DNA of 64,000 nt from an uncultured Pseudomonadota bacterium. GTDB lineage: Bacteria > Pseudomonadota > Alphaproteobacteria > JACZXZ01. The stretch lies in assembly GCA_963749075.1 (NCBI GenBank), contig CAVVLJ010000021.1, positions 544,001 through 608,000 of the forward strand. Reading direction: 5' to 3'. This document shows, piece by piece, positions 54,871 through 64,000 of the stretch. A program made the translations under genes and the position numbers. The notes beneath the pieces are model-generated. The model was not told the origin of the DNA. It was given only the letters and a program-made list of their open reading frames with translations, and searched no databases. Each line of letters starts with the position of its first letter. Positions within the stretch are counted from its first letter, which is position 1.

Positions 54871-56277
54871 ATGGCCGACCAGTACGACCTCGTCGTCATC
54901 GGCGGCGGCCCGGGCGGCTATGTCGCCGCCATCCGCGCCGCCCAGCTCGGCATGCGGGTAGCCTGCGTCGAGAAGCGCGGCACCCTCGGCGGCACCTGCC
55001 TCAACGTCGGATGCATTCCCTCGAAGGCGCTCCTGCAATCCTCCGAGAAGCTCGAGGAGGCGCGCCACGCCTTGGGCGTCCACGGCGTCAAGCTGAGCGG
55101 CGTCGAGCTCGACCTCGCCCAGATGATGGCGCAGAAGGAGAAGGTGGTCGGCGAGAACACGCGCGGCGTCGAGTTCCTCTTCCGCAAGCACAAGATCGCT
55201 TACGTGAAGGGCAGCGGCCGCATCGCGCGCGCGGGCCTCGTCGAGGCAGCACTCTCGGACGGCGGCAAGGCGGCGCTCGAGACGAAGAGCATCGTCATCG
55301 CCACGGGCTCGGACTCGACCCCCTTGCGCGGCGTCGAGGTGGACGAGAAGACCATCGTGAGCTCGACCGGCGCCCTCGCGCTCGCAGCGGTGCCGCAGCA
55401 TCTCGTGGTGGTGGGCGGCGGCTATATCGGGCTCGAGATGGGCTCGGTGTGGCGCCGCCTCGGCGCGCAAGTCACCGTCGTCGAGTTCCTCGAGCGCATC
55501 GTCCCCGGCATGGACTACGAGATCGGGCGGCAATTCCAGCGCCTCCTCGAGCGCCAGGGCTTCAAGTTCCGCCTGGCGACCAAGGTCGCCGCGGCGAAGG
55601 CGGGGAAAGACGGCGTGACACTGACCCTCGAGCCGGCGGCGGGAGGGGCGGCGGAGACGCTCGTCTGCGACCGCGTGCTGGTGGCGGTCGGCCGGCGCCC
55701 CTATACCGAGGGGCTCGGCCTCGAGGCCTGCGGCATCGCCCTCGACAACCGCGGCATGGTCCCGGTCGACGAGCATTTCGCGACGCGGCTGCCGGGCATC
55801 TACGCCATCGGCGACGTGATCCGCGGCCCCATGCTCGCCCACAAGGCGGAGGACGAGGGCATCGCCGTGGCCGAGACCATCGCCGGCCAGAAGGGCCACG
55901 TGAACTACGACGCGATCCCCGGCATCGTCTACACGTCGCCCGAGGTGGCGACCGTGGGCCAGAGCGAGGAGCAGCTCAAGGCCGCCGGCATCGCCTATAA
56001 GACCGGCAAGTTCCCCTTCACCGCAAACGCCCGCGCGCGCGCCATGGCGGCGACCGACGGCTTCGTCAAGATCCTGGCCGACGCCAAGAGCGACCGCGTG
56101 CTCGGCTGCCACATCCTCGGCCCCGACGCCGGCACGGTCATCCACGAGGTCGTCATGGCCATGGAGTTCGGCGCCTCGTCCGAGGACATCGCGCGCACCT
56201 GCCACGGCCACCCGACGCTGAATGAGGCGGTCAAGGAGGCGGCGCTCGCGGTGGCGGGACGGGCCATCCATATCTGA
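54871..56277 (+). CDS. lpdA: Dihydrolipoamide dehydrogenase
   Basis: GGTCLNVGCIPSK and HPTLNE motifs. Confidence 0.98.
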   Translation: MADQYDLVVIGGGPGGYVAAIRAAQLGMRVACVEKRGTLGGTCLNVGCIPSKALLQSSEKLEEARHALGVHGVKLSGVELDLAQMMAQKEKVVGENTRGVEFLFRKHKIAYVKGSGRIARAGLVEAALSDGGKAALETKSIVIATGSDSTPLRGVEVDEKTIVSSTGALALAAVPQHLVVVGGGYIGLEMGSVWRRLGAQVTVVEFLERIVPGMDYEIGRQFQRLLERQGFKFRLATKVAAAKAGKDGVTLTLEPAAGGAAETLVCDRVLVAVGRRPYTEGLGLEACGIALDNRGMVPVDEHFATRLPGIYAIGDVIRGPMLAHKAEDEGIAVAETIAGQKGHVNYDAIPGIVYTSPEVATVGQSEEQLKAAGIAYKTGKFPFTANARARAMAATDGFVKILADAKSDRVLGCHILGPDAGTVIHEVVMAMEFGASSEDIARTCHGHPTLNEAVKEAALAVAGRAIHI

Positions 56278-56298
56278 GAGACGGCTCGCCACAAGGGC

Positions 56299-56991
56299 TC
56301 AGGCGTCCTTGACCTCCTCGATCGCCGGATGCCCCCGCCCTTGCCAACGGAAGCGGTAGGTTCCCGCTTTGCGTACGTTCATGACGAGCGCCGGCCGGAA
56401 AGAGGCGAGGCAAACGCCGCCGCGGCGGCGCACGCTCCCATAGACGATGCCGAGCGAGCCCGCCTCGAGGAGCCGCTCGGCCAGGTTCTGCGAGGCCACG
56501 TAGCTGTCCCGTGCCAGGCAATCGGCGAAGCGCCCGTCGCCGCGGATGTCGTGGAACTCGGCGCTGAAGTCTGCGAGGTAATCGTCGTAGGTCGCGGTCT
56601 CGTTCTGCCAACCGACTTCGGCGAGCTCGACCGACTTGTGGAACGCCACTTCGGCTTGCGCGGTCGCGCGCTCGAAAGCCGCATACCAGGCACCGCGCTC
56701 CGGCCCGTTGAAGCGGTTCCCGAGCGGATGGGCATGGCAGAAGGCGGCGTTGACGATGCGGTGGTACGGCACGCCGAACACGAGCTCGTCAATGCCGATG
56801 CCGGGCAAGAGGCCGTTCTCTGCAAGCAGGCGCTCGTCGGTGGCGTTGTCCAGTGCGAAAATGTCCTGGAGATGCGCGTCGTCGTCGGAAATGCGTGCGA
56901 GCACGCTCGCACCATCATCGCGGTATTTGGCGGGAACGAAGCGGTGCGTGTCGTTGCGGCGAACGAGCAAGGCGCGCGGCAGCGCCGTCAC
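56299..56991 (-). CDS. RES domain toxin (NAD+ phosphorylase family)
   Basis: NRFNGPERGAWYAA…AEVAFH…GIVYGSVR, with the R, E and S residues present. Confidence 0.88.
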   Translation of the reverse strand: MTALPRALLVRRNDTHRFVPAKYRDDGASVLARISDDDAHLQDIFALDNATDERLLAENGLLPGIGIDELVFGVPYHRIVNAAFCHAHPLGNRFNGPERGAWYAAFERATAQAEVAFHKSVELAEVGWQNETATYDDYLADFSAEFHDIRGDGRFADCLARDSYVASQNLAERLLEAGSLGIVYGSVRRRGGVCLASFRPALVMNVRKAGTYRFRWQGRGHPAIEEVKDA

Positions 56992-57425
56992 ACCCCGCCC
57001 CGCCGCGCATCCAACAGGCGCCGCACCGTCGCGAGAGCGGGAGTGCCGCCCTTCTTCATATAGGCGAGCGGGGTTTCGCCTCCGAATATCCTATTCGTGT
57101 TCGGAAGCTGCATCCAGGCATCGGCGAGCGCGTCGGAATAGAGAATGTTGAGCGCCTTGAAGATGCCGACGAGGTAGGAGATGCGCAGCAACCTGTCCTC
57201 GTCGAGGACGCGCACGGGGTTCCTTTTCATCTCGTAGAACGGCCCATTCGACATGCCGCCGAGCAGCGCCCGCGCATCCTCGTCGCGCACCCGCCAGCGT
57301 CTCATGATATTGAGGAAGGCCTTGATGGCAGCCGGACTCAAGCGCTCCCGCTCGGCCTTGGCGCCAAGGTCCACGAGCGGCGAAGGCGCGTAGCGGGTAG
57401 CCGGATAGCTGGGGTGGAAGGTCAT
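56988..57425 (-). CDS. Xre/MbcA/ParS antitoxin
   Basis: RISYLVGIFKAL…W…PN…FGGETPL…VRRLLDARRGG; GTGA overlap with the RES gene. Confidence 0.88.
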   Translation of the reverse strand: MTFHPSYPATRYAPSPLVDLGAKAERERLSPAAIKAFLNIMRRWRVRDEDARALLGGMSNGPFYEMKRNPVRVLDEDRLLRISYLVGIFKALNILYSDALADAWMQLPNTNRIFGGETPLAYMKKGGTPALATVRRLLDARRGGV

Positions 57426-57431
57426 TGCGTC

Positions 57432-57467
57432 CTCCGTATCAGGATATATTAATTTCCTGATACGGAG
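57432..57467. promoter_or_regulatory. Inverted-repeat operator upstream of xre-res
   Basis: CTCCGTATCAGGA-N10(AT only)-TCCTGATACGGAG. Confidence 0.7.
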
Positions 57468-57581
57468 TTATCAAGCCTCTTGGCTTGCCCCGGGGGCACG
57501 TTTCGCGGGTTCGCCTGAAGGCAGCAGATGATACGGTCTTACGCTATGTCGATCGATCGGAGCTTCGTAATGCGATCCAAA

Positions 57582-57788
57582 ATGACGGCCAAGTTGTCGG
57601 CCAAGTTCCAGATTTCCATTCCGAAGGCGGTGCGGGCTGCCCAGCACTGGCAGGCGGGGCAGGAATTCGCCTTCATTCCAAAGGGCGAAGGTGTGCTGCT
57701 CGTCCCGGTGCCGAAGCCGGAGGCTCTCGCCGGCTTGGCGCGCGGTGCCAAGCCGGTGGGCTATCGCGGCCGGGCGGACCGCATTTGA
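57582..57788 (+). CDS. AbrB/MazE/VapB-type antitoxin
   Basis: AKLSAKFQISIPKAVR…GQEFAFIPKGEGVLLVP. Confidence 0.85.
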   Translation: MTAKLSAKFQISIPKAVRAAQHWQAGQEFAFIPKGEGVLLVPVPKPEALAGLARGAKPVGYRGRADRI

Positions 57789-57830
57789 TACGGCTCGTCG
57801 ATACCTCAGCCTGGATCGAGCGGCTGAAAG
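57785..57830 (+). pseudogene. VapC (PIN) toxin N-terminal remnant
   Basis: TTG-IRLVDTSAWIE coupled to the antitoxin stop; homology ends after about 14 codons. Confidence 0.7.
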
Positions 57831-57878
57831 CGGCAACGGTCATCCCGCAGCCGAAATCGCTCGCAAGATCGAGCGCCC

Positions 57879-58835
57879 CTATCCCCTCGCCCGCGGGTGC
57901 GACCGCTCGTAGACCGCGATGAGCTCCGTCGCATCGACCTCGGTGTAGCGCTGCGTCGTCGAGAGGGAGGCGTGGCCCAGGAGCTCCTGGATGGCGCGCA
58001 AATCTCCGCCGGCGGCGAGGAGGTGGGTGGCGAAGCTGTGGCGCAGCGCGTGGGGGGTCGCGGAATCGGGGAGGCCGATCCACGCGCGCAGCTTGCGCAT
58101 GCGGGCCTGGACGACCGCGGGGTCGAGAGCGCCGCCGCGGGCGCCGAGGAAGAGGGCGCCGCTCGGGCCGGGATCGTAGGGGCAGGCCGCGAGGTAGCGC
58201 AGAATCGCCTCGCGCACGACGGGGAGAACCGGCACGATGCGCTCCTTCCGCCCCTTGCCGAGGACGCGCAACGCGTCGCCCTGCGGCGCCTCGTGGCGCT
58301 TCAGGGCGAGCGCCTCGCCGATGCGCAGGCCGCAGCCGTAGAGGAGCGTCAGAAGGGCTGCGTCGCGCGCGGCGATCCACGGCACCTCCGAGAGCACGGC
58401 CGCCTTGTCGATGACCTCCGCCGCGTCGGCGACCGAGAGCGCCTTGGGCAGCGCGTGGGGCAGCTTGGGCGTGCGCACGGCGCGCACGGCGGCAGCGTCG
58501 GCGAGCCCGCGGCGCTCGCAGAAGCGGAAGAAGCTGCGCACCACCGAGAGTGCCCTCGCGCTCGAGCTCTTGGCGAGCCCGTCCGTCGTGCGCCGCGCGA
58601 GCCAGGCGCGGAAATCGGCCGTCCGCAGGTGCTGGAGCGCCGCAAGGCCGGGAAGCTCGCCCAAATGCTCGGCGAGGAAGGCGGTGAAGGCGGCCAAGTC
58701 GCGGCCATAGGCGTCGACCGTATGGAGCGAGGCGCGCCGCTCGTTGGCGAGCCAGCTCTGCCACTGCATGATGGCGGCGCGGAGGTCCGTGGCCGCGGTG
58801 AAAGCGCTTGCCGCTAGAGGGGCAGGTCGAGCCAT
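57879..58835 (-). CDS. xerC: Tyrosine recombinase XerC
   Basis: LYGCGLRIGE, GKGRKER, PHALRHSFATHLL and LGHASLSTTQRY motifs; DUF484 synteny. Confidence 0.93.
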   Translation of the reverse strand: MARPAPLAASAFTAATDLRAAIMQWQSWLANERRASLHTVDAYGRDLAAFTAFLAEHLGELPGLAALQHLRTADFRAWLARRTTDGLAKSSSARALSVVRSFFRFCERRGLADAAAVRAVRTPKLPHALPKALSVADAAEVIDKAAVLSEVPWIAARDAALLTLLYGCGLRIGEALALKRHEAPQGDALRVLGKGRKERIVPVLPVVREAILRYLAACPYDPGPSGALFLGARGGALDPAVVQARMRKLRAWIGLPDSATPHALRHSFATHLLAAGGDLRAIQELLGHASLSTTQRYTEVDATELIAVYERSHPRARG

Positions 58836-59533
58836 GCGCGGATGCTGTGCTCGACCGCACGGGCGAGGAAGCCCAGGAGCTCGGTGCCCTGGCCGGGATG
58901 GAAGCGGCCCTCCTTGCGCGCGCCGAGGGCCAGGAGCCCGGTCGGCGTCGCCTCGCTGATCTTGAGGCGCAGCAAGGCGTCCGAGCGCACGAGGCTCGCT
59001 CCGCCGCCGAAGATGGCGCGCTCGCCGCGCACGCGTCCGCGCAGCAGCATCTCCCGCGCCGGGCCGATCAGGCGGTCGACGGCACCCTTGTCGAGCAGCC
59101 GCACGCCGGTGGTCTCGCAGCGCGGCGGCGGATTTGCCGAGGATTCGATGCAGAGCGCCGCCACGTCGAGGCCGAGGAAGACCGGCAGGTCGATGGTGAT
59201 GACCTGGATGAGGTGCTCGAAGCTCGCCGCCCCCATGAGCGCCAGCGCCGTGCGGTGGACGCGCGCCTGGCTCTTGAGGTTGAGGCGGGCGAGCGCCACC
59301 ATCTGCTGGCACTCCTCCTCGAGCTCGCGCGCGCGCCGCTTGAGGCGCTCGACCATGAAGCGCTGCAGGTCGACCACGCGGTCGCCGCTCTCGCGCTCGC
59401 GGTCGAGGAGCGGGGCCAGGAGTTCGGCATGCTCGGCGAGGAAGCCGCGGTGCGCGCGCAGGTAGGCGAGCACCTGGGCGTCGTCGATGCCGGTCTCGAG
59501 CTCGGCCTTGGCTTGTTCGTTAGGCTTTTGCAA
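58814..59533 (-). CDS. DUF484 (YigA-like) protein
   Basis: [14 protein letters not shown] and [14 protein letters not shown] motifs. Confidence 0.88.
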   Translation of the reverse strand: MQKPNEQAKAELETGIDDAQVLAYLRAHRGFLAEHAELLAPLLDRERESGDRVVDLQRFMVERLKRRARELEEECQQMVALARLNLKSQARVHRTALALMGAASFEHLIQVITIDLPVFLGLDVAALCIESSANPPPRCETTGVRLLDKGAVDRLIGPAREMLLRGRVRGERAIFGGGASLVRSDALLRLKISEATPTGLLALGARKEGRFHPGQGTELLGFLARAVEHSIRAWLDLPL

Positions 59534-60212
59534 CGGCGCGCGGTCCCTGTTCGTGCCCGAGGATCGACTGCCCGGTCTTGGCCCAGTCGGCGAGGAATTG
59601 GGCGAGGCCCTTGTCGGTGAGCGGATGGTGGAAGAGCTGGCGCAGCACCTGCGGCGGCAGCGTCGCCACATGGGCGCCGAGCCGCGCCGCCTCCACCACG
59701 TGGAGAGGGCCGCGCACCGAGGCCACCAGCACCTCGGTCTTGAAGGCGGGATATTGCCGGTAGATCGCCACGATGTCGCGGATGAGCTCCATGCCCGGCT
59801 GGGCCACGTCGTCGAGGCGTCCCACGAAGGGCGAGACGAAGGAGGCCCCCGCCTTGGCCGCGAGGATCGCCTGGGCGGCCGAGAAGCAGAGCGTGACGTT
59901 CACCATGGTGCCCTCGTCGGCGAGGGCCTTGCAGGTCTTGAGCCCGTCCATCGTGAGGGGCACCTTGACCGCGACGTTCTTGGCGAGGCGCGCGAGCCGG
60001 CGGCCCTCGGCCAGCATGGTGGCGTGGTCGAGCGCCGTCACCTCGGCGCTCACCGGGCCGGGCACCACCGCGCAGATCTCCTGGATCACGTCGAAGAACT
60101 TTCTCCCCGACTTGGCGACGAGGGAGGGATTGGTGGTGACGCCGTCGAGGAGCCCCGTCGCGGCAAGCTCGCGGATCTCGCCCAAGTCCGCCGTGTCGAC
60201 GAAGAATTTCAT
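59520..60212 (-). CDS. fsa: Transaldolase / fructose-6-phosphate aldolase family
   Basis: [18 protein letters not shown] and SPFVGRLDD motifs. Confidence 0.93.
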   Translation of the reverse strand: MKFFVDTADLGEIRELAATGLLDGVTTNPSLVAKSGRKFFDVIQEICAVVPGPVSAEVTALDHATMLAEGRRLARLAKNVAVKVPLTMDGLKTCKALADEGTMVNVTLCFSAAQAILAAKAGASFVSPFVGRLDDVAQPGMELIRDIVAIYRQYPAFKTEVLVASVRGPLHVVEAARLGAHVATLPPQVLRQLFHHPLTDKGLAQFLADWAKTGQSILGHEQGPRAVAKA

Positions 60213-60277
60213 GGTAGCCGTGCTCCTCTGCCGTCCTCTGGTGCCGCCCTCGGGTCGCGGGTGCTAGTCTACATCCA

Positions 60278-62491
60278 ATGGCGCTCGAAAACACCATTGC
60301 GACGAAGCCGGCCCCCTTCGCTGAAAGGCTTGCGGTGCTGCTTCCCCTCCCGCTCAAGGGGGCCTACGATTACGGCGTGCCGCCGGCGCTGGTGATAGCA
60401 CCGGGCGATTTCGTGCGCGTGCCGCTCGGAAGCCGCGAGGCGATCGGCGTGGTATGGGGCGAAGCCGCGGGCGAGGTGTCGGCGCACAAGCTCAAAGCCA
60501 TCGCGGCCCGCCTCGAGGTCCCGCCGTTGCCTGAGGTGGAGCGCCGCTTCATCGACTGGGTCGCACGCTACACGCTGACGCCGCCGGGTGCGGTCTTGCG
60601 CATGGCGATGACGGCACCCGAGGCGCTGGAGCCGCCGCGGCCGACGCTCGCGTACGGGCGAACGGCGTTGGAGCCGGAGACGCTCGGCCGGCGGCTCACG
60701 CCCGGGCGCGCGCGCGTGCTGGCGCTCCTCGAGGGCGGCCCCCCGCGCGCCCTCCGCGAGCTCGCGCGCGAGGCGGGCGTCGGCCCCGCCGTGATCAAGG
60801 GCCTCATCAAGGCAGGTGCTCTCGAGGCGCTTGAGCTCAAGCCGCCCGCTCCCTTCGCCGAGCCCGATCTGGCACGGCCGGGCGTGCCGCTCTCGTCCGA
60901 CCAGGCGGCGGCGGCGGCGGCCTTGCGCGCGCGCGTAGCCCGCGGCGGCTTCAGCGTGACGCTCCTCGATGGCGTCACCGGCTCGGGCAAGACCGAGGTC
61001 TATCTCGAGGCCGTCGCGGCAGCGCTCGCCGCCGGCCGCCAGGCCCTTGTGCTGGTGCCCGAGATCGCACTCACGCAACAGTGGCTCGCGCGCTTCGCGC
61101 GGCGCTTCGGCGTGGCACCGGCCGCCTGGCACTCGGAGCTCTCCTCGGCCGAGCGGCGCACGGCCTGGCGCGCCGTGGCGGAGGGCCGCGCCAAGGCGCT
61201 GGTGGGTGCCCGCTCGGCGCTCTTCCTCCCCTTCCCGGATCTCGGCCTCATCGTCGTCGACGAGGAGCACGACGCCTCCTTCAAGCAGGAGGAGGGCGTC
61301 ATCTATCACGCCCGCGACATGGCGGTGGTGCGTGGGCGCCTCGCCGCTCACGCGGTGGTGCTCGCCTCGGCGACGCCCTCCCTCGAGACGCTCGAGAACG
61401 TGCGCCAGGGCCGCTACGAGGTGGCGCACCTCAAGGACCGCCACGGCGGCGCTGCACTTCCCGAGATCGCGGTCGTCGACATGCGCCACGAGAGCCCCGG
61501 GCGCCAGTCCTGGCTCTCGGCAAGCCTGCGCCAGGCCCTCGCCGAGACGCTTCGGCAGGGCGAGCAGGCCATGCTCTTCCTCAATCGCCGCGGCTATGCG
61601 CCCCTCACGCTCTGCCGGCACTGCGGGCACCGCATGCGCTGCCCGCACTGCTCGGCCTGGCTCGTCGAGCATCGCCTGCTCGGGCGCCTGCAATGCCACC
61701 ATTGCGGCCTGGCCACGGGCGTGCCGGGCACGTGCCCCGCCTGCGCAGCCGCCCAGAGCTTCGTCGCCTGCGGCCCGGGCATCGAGCGCCTGGCCGAGGA
61801 GGTGTCGGCACTCCATCCCGAGGCGCGCGTCGCCATCGTGGCGAGCGACACGCTCGGCGGGCCGGCGGAGATCGCCGAGCTCATCCGCCGCGTCGAGAGC
61901 CGCGAGATCGACGTGCTCATCGGCACCCAGATCGTGGCCAAGGGCCACCATTTCCCCATGCTCACGCTCGTCGGCGTCGTCGACGCCGACCTCGGGCTCG
62001 ACGGCGGCGAGCTGCGCGCGGCCGAGCGCACCTACCAGCTCCTCTCGCAAGTGGCGGGCCGCGCCGGGCGCGAGCTGCGGCCGGGCCGCGTTCTCTTGCA
62101 GACCTACCGCCCGGATCATCCGGTGATGGCCGCACTCGCGGCGGGCGACCGCGAGGGCTTCCTCGCCGCCGAGGCGGCCGAGCGGAAGAAGGCGGGCTGG
62201 CCGCCCTTCGGCCGGCTCGCGGCGCTCATCCTGGCGAGCCGCGACGAGGCGGCGGTCGACGCCACCGCGCGCGTTTTCGGACGCACGGCACCGCGCGGCG
62301 CGGGCATCGAGGTGCTGGGCCCGGCGCCGGCGCCGCTCGCCCTTCTGCGCGGCCGCTTCCGCCGCCGCCTCCTCCTCAAGGCCGCGCGCTCGGTCAACGT
62401 CCAGGCCGCTCTCGCCGGCTGGCTCGCCAAGGTCAAGGTGCCCTCGGCCGTGCGCGTGCAGGTGGACGTGGATCCCCAGAGCTTCCTTTAG
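60278..62491 (+). CDS. priA: Primosomal protein N'
   Basis: [16 protein letters not shown], Cys-rich zinc region and QVAGRAGR. Confidence 0.97.
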   Translation: MALENTIATKPAPFAERLAVLLPLPLKGAYDYGVPPALVIAPGDFVRVPLGSREAIGVVWGEAAGEVSAHKLKAIAARLEVPPLPEVERRFIDWVARYTLTPPGAVLRMAMTAPEALEPPRPTLAYGRTALEPETLGRRLTPGRARVLALLEGGPPRALRELAREAGVGPAVIKGLIKAGALEALELKPPAPFAEPDLARPGVPLSSDQAAAAAALRARVARGGFSVTLLDGVTGSGKTEVYLEAVAAALAAGRQALVLVPEIALTQQWLARFARRFGVAPAAWHSELSSAERRTAWRAVAEGRAKALVGARSALFLPFPDLGLIVVDEEHDASFKQEEGVIYHARDMAVVRGRLAAHAVVLASATPSLETLENVRQGRYEVAHLKDRHGGAALPEIAVVDMRHESPGRQSWLSASLRQALAETLRQGEQAMLFLNRRGYAPLTLCRHCGHRMRCPHCSAWLVEHRLLGRLQCHHCGLATGVPGTCPACAAAQSFVACGPGIERLAEEVSALHPEARVAIVASDTLGGPAEIAELIRRVESREIDVLIGTQIVAKGHHFPMLTLVGVVDADLGLDGGELRAAERTYQLLSQVAGRAGRELRPGRVLLQTYRPDHPVMAALAAGDREGFLAAEAAERKKAGWPPFGRLAALILASRDEAAVDATARVFGRTAPRGAGIEVLGPAPAPLALLRGRFRRRLLLKAARSVNVQAALAGWLAKVKVPSAVRVQVDVDPQSFL

Positions 62492-62546
62492 CGCGTGTTT
62501 TGCCGAATAATGCCGCCCGGGCAGCGTGGCGACGGGGGAGGTCCAG

Positions 62547-63716
62547 GTGAACGCAACGATCGGCAATGGTTCCCTCGACGAGGAGATCGTCGCCATCCGG
62601 CACGACATCCACCGCCATCCCGAGCTCGCCTACGAGGAGACGCGGACGAGCGATCTCGTGGCCGAGCGCCTCGCCGCCTGGGGCTACGAGGTGCACCGCG
62701 GCCTCGGCAAGACCGGCGTGGTCGGCACCTTGCGGCTCGGCTCCGGCGCGCGCTGCCTGGGCCTGCGCGCCGACATGGATGCGCTCCCCATCCACGAGAC
62801 GACCAACCTCCCTTACGCCAGCGTCAACCCCGGCAAGATGCACGCCTGCGGCCATGACGGCCATACGGCGATGCTGCTGGGTGCGGCCAAGCGGCTCGCC
62901 GAGAGGTGCTGCTTCGACGGCACCCTCCATCTCATCTTTCAGCCGGCCGAGGAGGGCCAGGCGGGCGCCAAGAAGATGATCGAGGACGGCCTCTTCCGCC
63001 TCTTCCCCTGCGATGCGGTCTACGGCATGCACAACATGCCGGGCTATCCCGAGGGCAAGCTCGTCTTCCGGCCCGGCCCCTTCATGGCCTCGGCCGACCG
63101 CTTCGAGATCACCATCGAAGGCACGGGCGGCCACGGCGCCATGCCGCACAAGGCGATCGATCCCGTGGTGGTGGCCGCCAGCACGGTCATGGCGCTGCAG
63201 ACGGTCGTCGCGCGCAACGTCGATCCGCAGGAGTCGGCGGTGATCACGGTCGGTGCGATCAAGGCCGGCGAGGCGGCGAACGTCATCCCCGGCGAGGCCG
63301 AGATGCGCCTCACCGTGCGGGCGCTCGACCCCAAGGTGCGCGTGCTCCTGCGCGAGCGCATCGCGGCACTCGTGAAGGCGCAGGCCGAGAGCTTCGGGGC
63401 CGTGGCGCGCGTCCGCTTCCGCGAGGGCTATCCGGTCCTGGTCAACCACGAGAAGGAGACCGCCTTCGCCGCGGCGGTGGCGACCGAGCTCGTCGGCGCC
63501 GAGAACGTGGTGCGCGACCCCGTGCCGCTCATGGGCAGCGAGGACTTCGCCTTCATGCTCGAGGAGCGCCCGGGCGCCTATCTCCTTATCGGCAACGGCG
63601 CGGGCGAGGGGAGCTGCATGGTGCACAACGCCGGCTACGACTTCAACGACCGCTGCATCGCCATCGGCAGCCGCTACTGGGTGCACCTCGCCGAGCGCTA
63701 TCTCGCGAAGGGGTAA
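62547..63716 (+). CDS. M20 family amidohydrolase, paralog of 18656-19825
   Basis: HRHPEL, LRADMDALP, MHACGHDGH and GSEDF motifs. Confidence 0.93.
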   Translation: MNATIGNGSLDEEIVAIRHDIHRHPELAYEETRTSDLVAERLAAWGYEVHRGLGKTGVVGTLRLGSGARCLGLRADMDALPIHETTNLPYASVNPGKMHACGHDGHTAMLLGAAKRLAERCCFDGTLHLIFQPAEEGQAGAKKMIEDGLFRLFPCDAVYGMHNMPGYPEGKLVFRPGPFMASADRFEITIEGTGGHGAMPHKAIDPVVVAASTVMALQTVVARNVDPQESAVITVGAIKAGEAANVIPGEAEMRLTVRALDPKVRVLLRERIAALVKAQAESFGAVARVRFREGYPVLVNHEKETAFAAAVATELVGAENVVRDPVPLMGSEDFAFMLEERPGAYLLIGNGAGEGSCMVHNAGYDFNDRCIAIGSRYWVHLAERYLAKG

Positions 63717-64000
63717 GGCGGCGCGGCATCGCAGCCGCGCGCCTCCCTTTCGATGCCGTTCTCCTCGCGGTTTACTGCCAATTTCCGCCCTTGCTGCCGA
63801 TCTGAGTCAGAGCAAATCGGGCCGGCCGGAGCTGGTTGCACCGCACCCTTGACTGTGTTACGAACGAGCCGCTTTTCGGGCGGGTACTCCCGTCCGCGAA
63901 GGGGGCTGCGCGTCTCGCGCGCGCCGCAAAGGCTGCCGGGCTCCGGCCGCGCGCCGGACGGGGAAGCGGGACTCTTCAGGGGCATCGAGAGGATCTTCGC

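Noticed and set aside
57879-58835. Integrase of a mobile element
   Set aside because: Host-like GC content and DUF484-xerC synteny indicate housekeeping XerC.

Overview
High-GC (about 70%) alphaproteobacterial chromosome segment, Rhodospirillales-like in gene order. Most of it is housekeeping: ftsY-mtaB-dapF, ffh-rpsP-rimM-trmD-rplS-leuCDB, asd, pdxY, mcl-mch, a sugar ABC operon, sdhCDAB, zapE, mdh-sucCDAB-lpdA, xerC-DUF484-fsa and priA. Small accessory islets sit between these operons, including six toxin-antitoxin loci, four with a damaged toxin. Two non-coding features stand out. (1) Two paralogous ORF-free, highly structured regions of about 550-600 nt (about 31950-32563 and 36085-36640, minus strand). 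They share a covarying 3' three-way-junction domain and an upstream AT-rich region with tandem DnaA boxes, and are candidates for an undescribed large ncRNA family. (2) A 724-nt group II intron (23806-24529) whose RT ORF is almost entirely deleted. It is inserted into a palindromic site that appears to bound a single-gene cassette. Frameshifts in essential genes (ffh, leuD, sucC) suggest indel errors in the assembly, so single-base lesions should be treated with caution. All family assignments come from motif recognition by eye; no searches were run.
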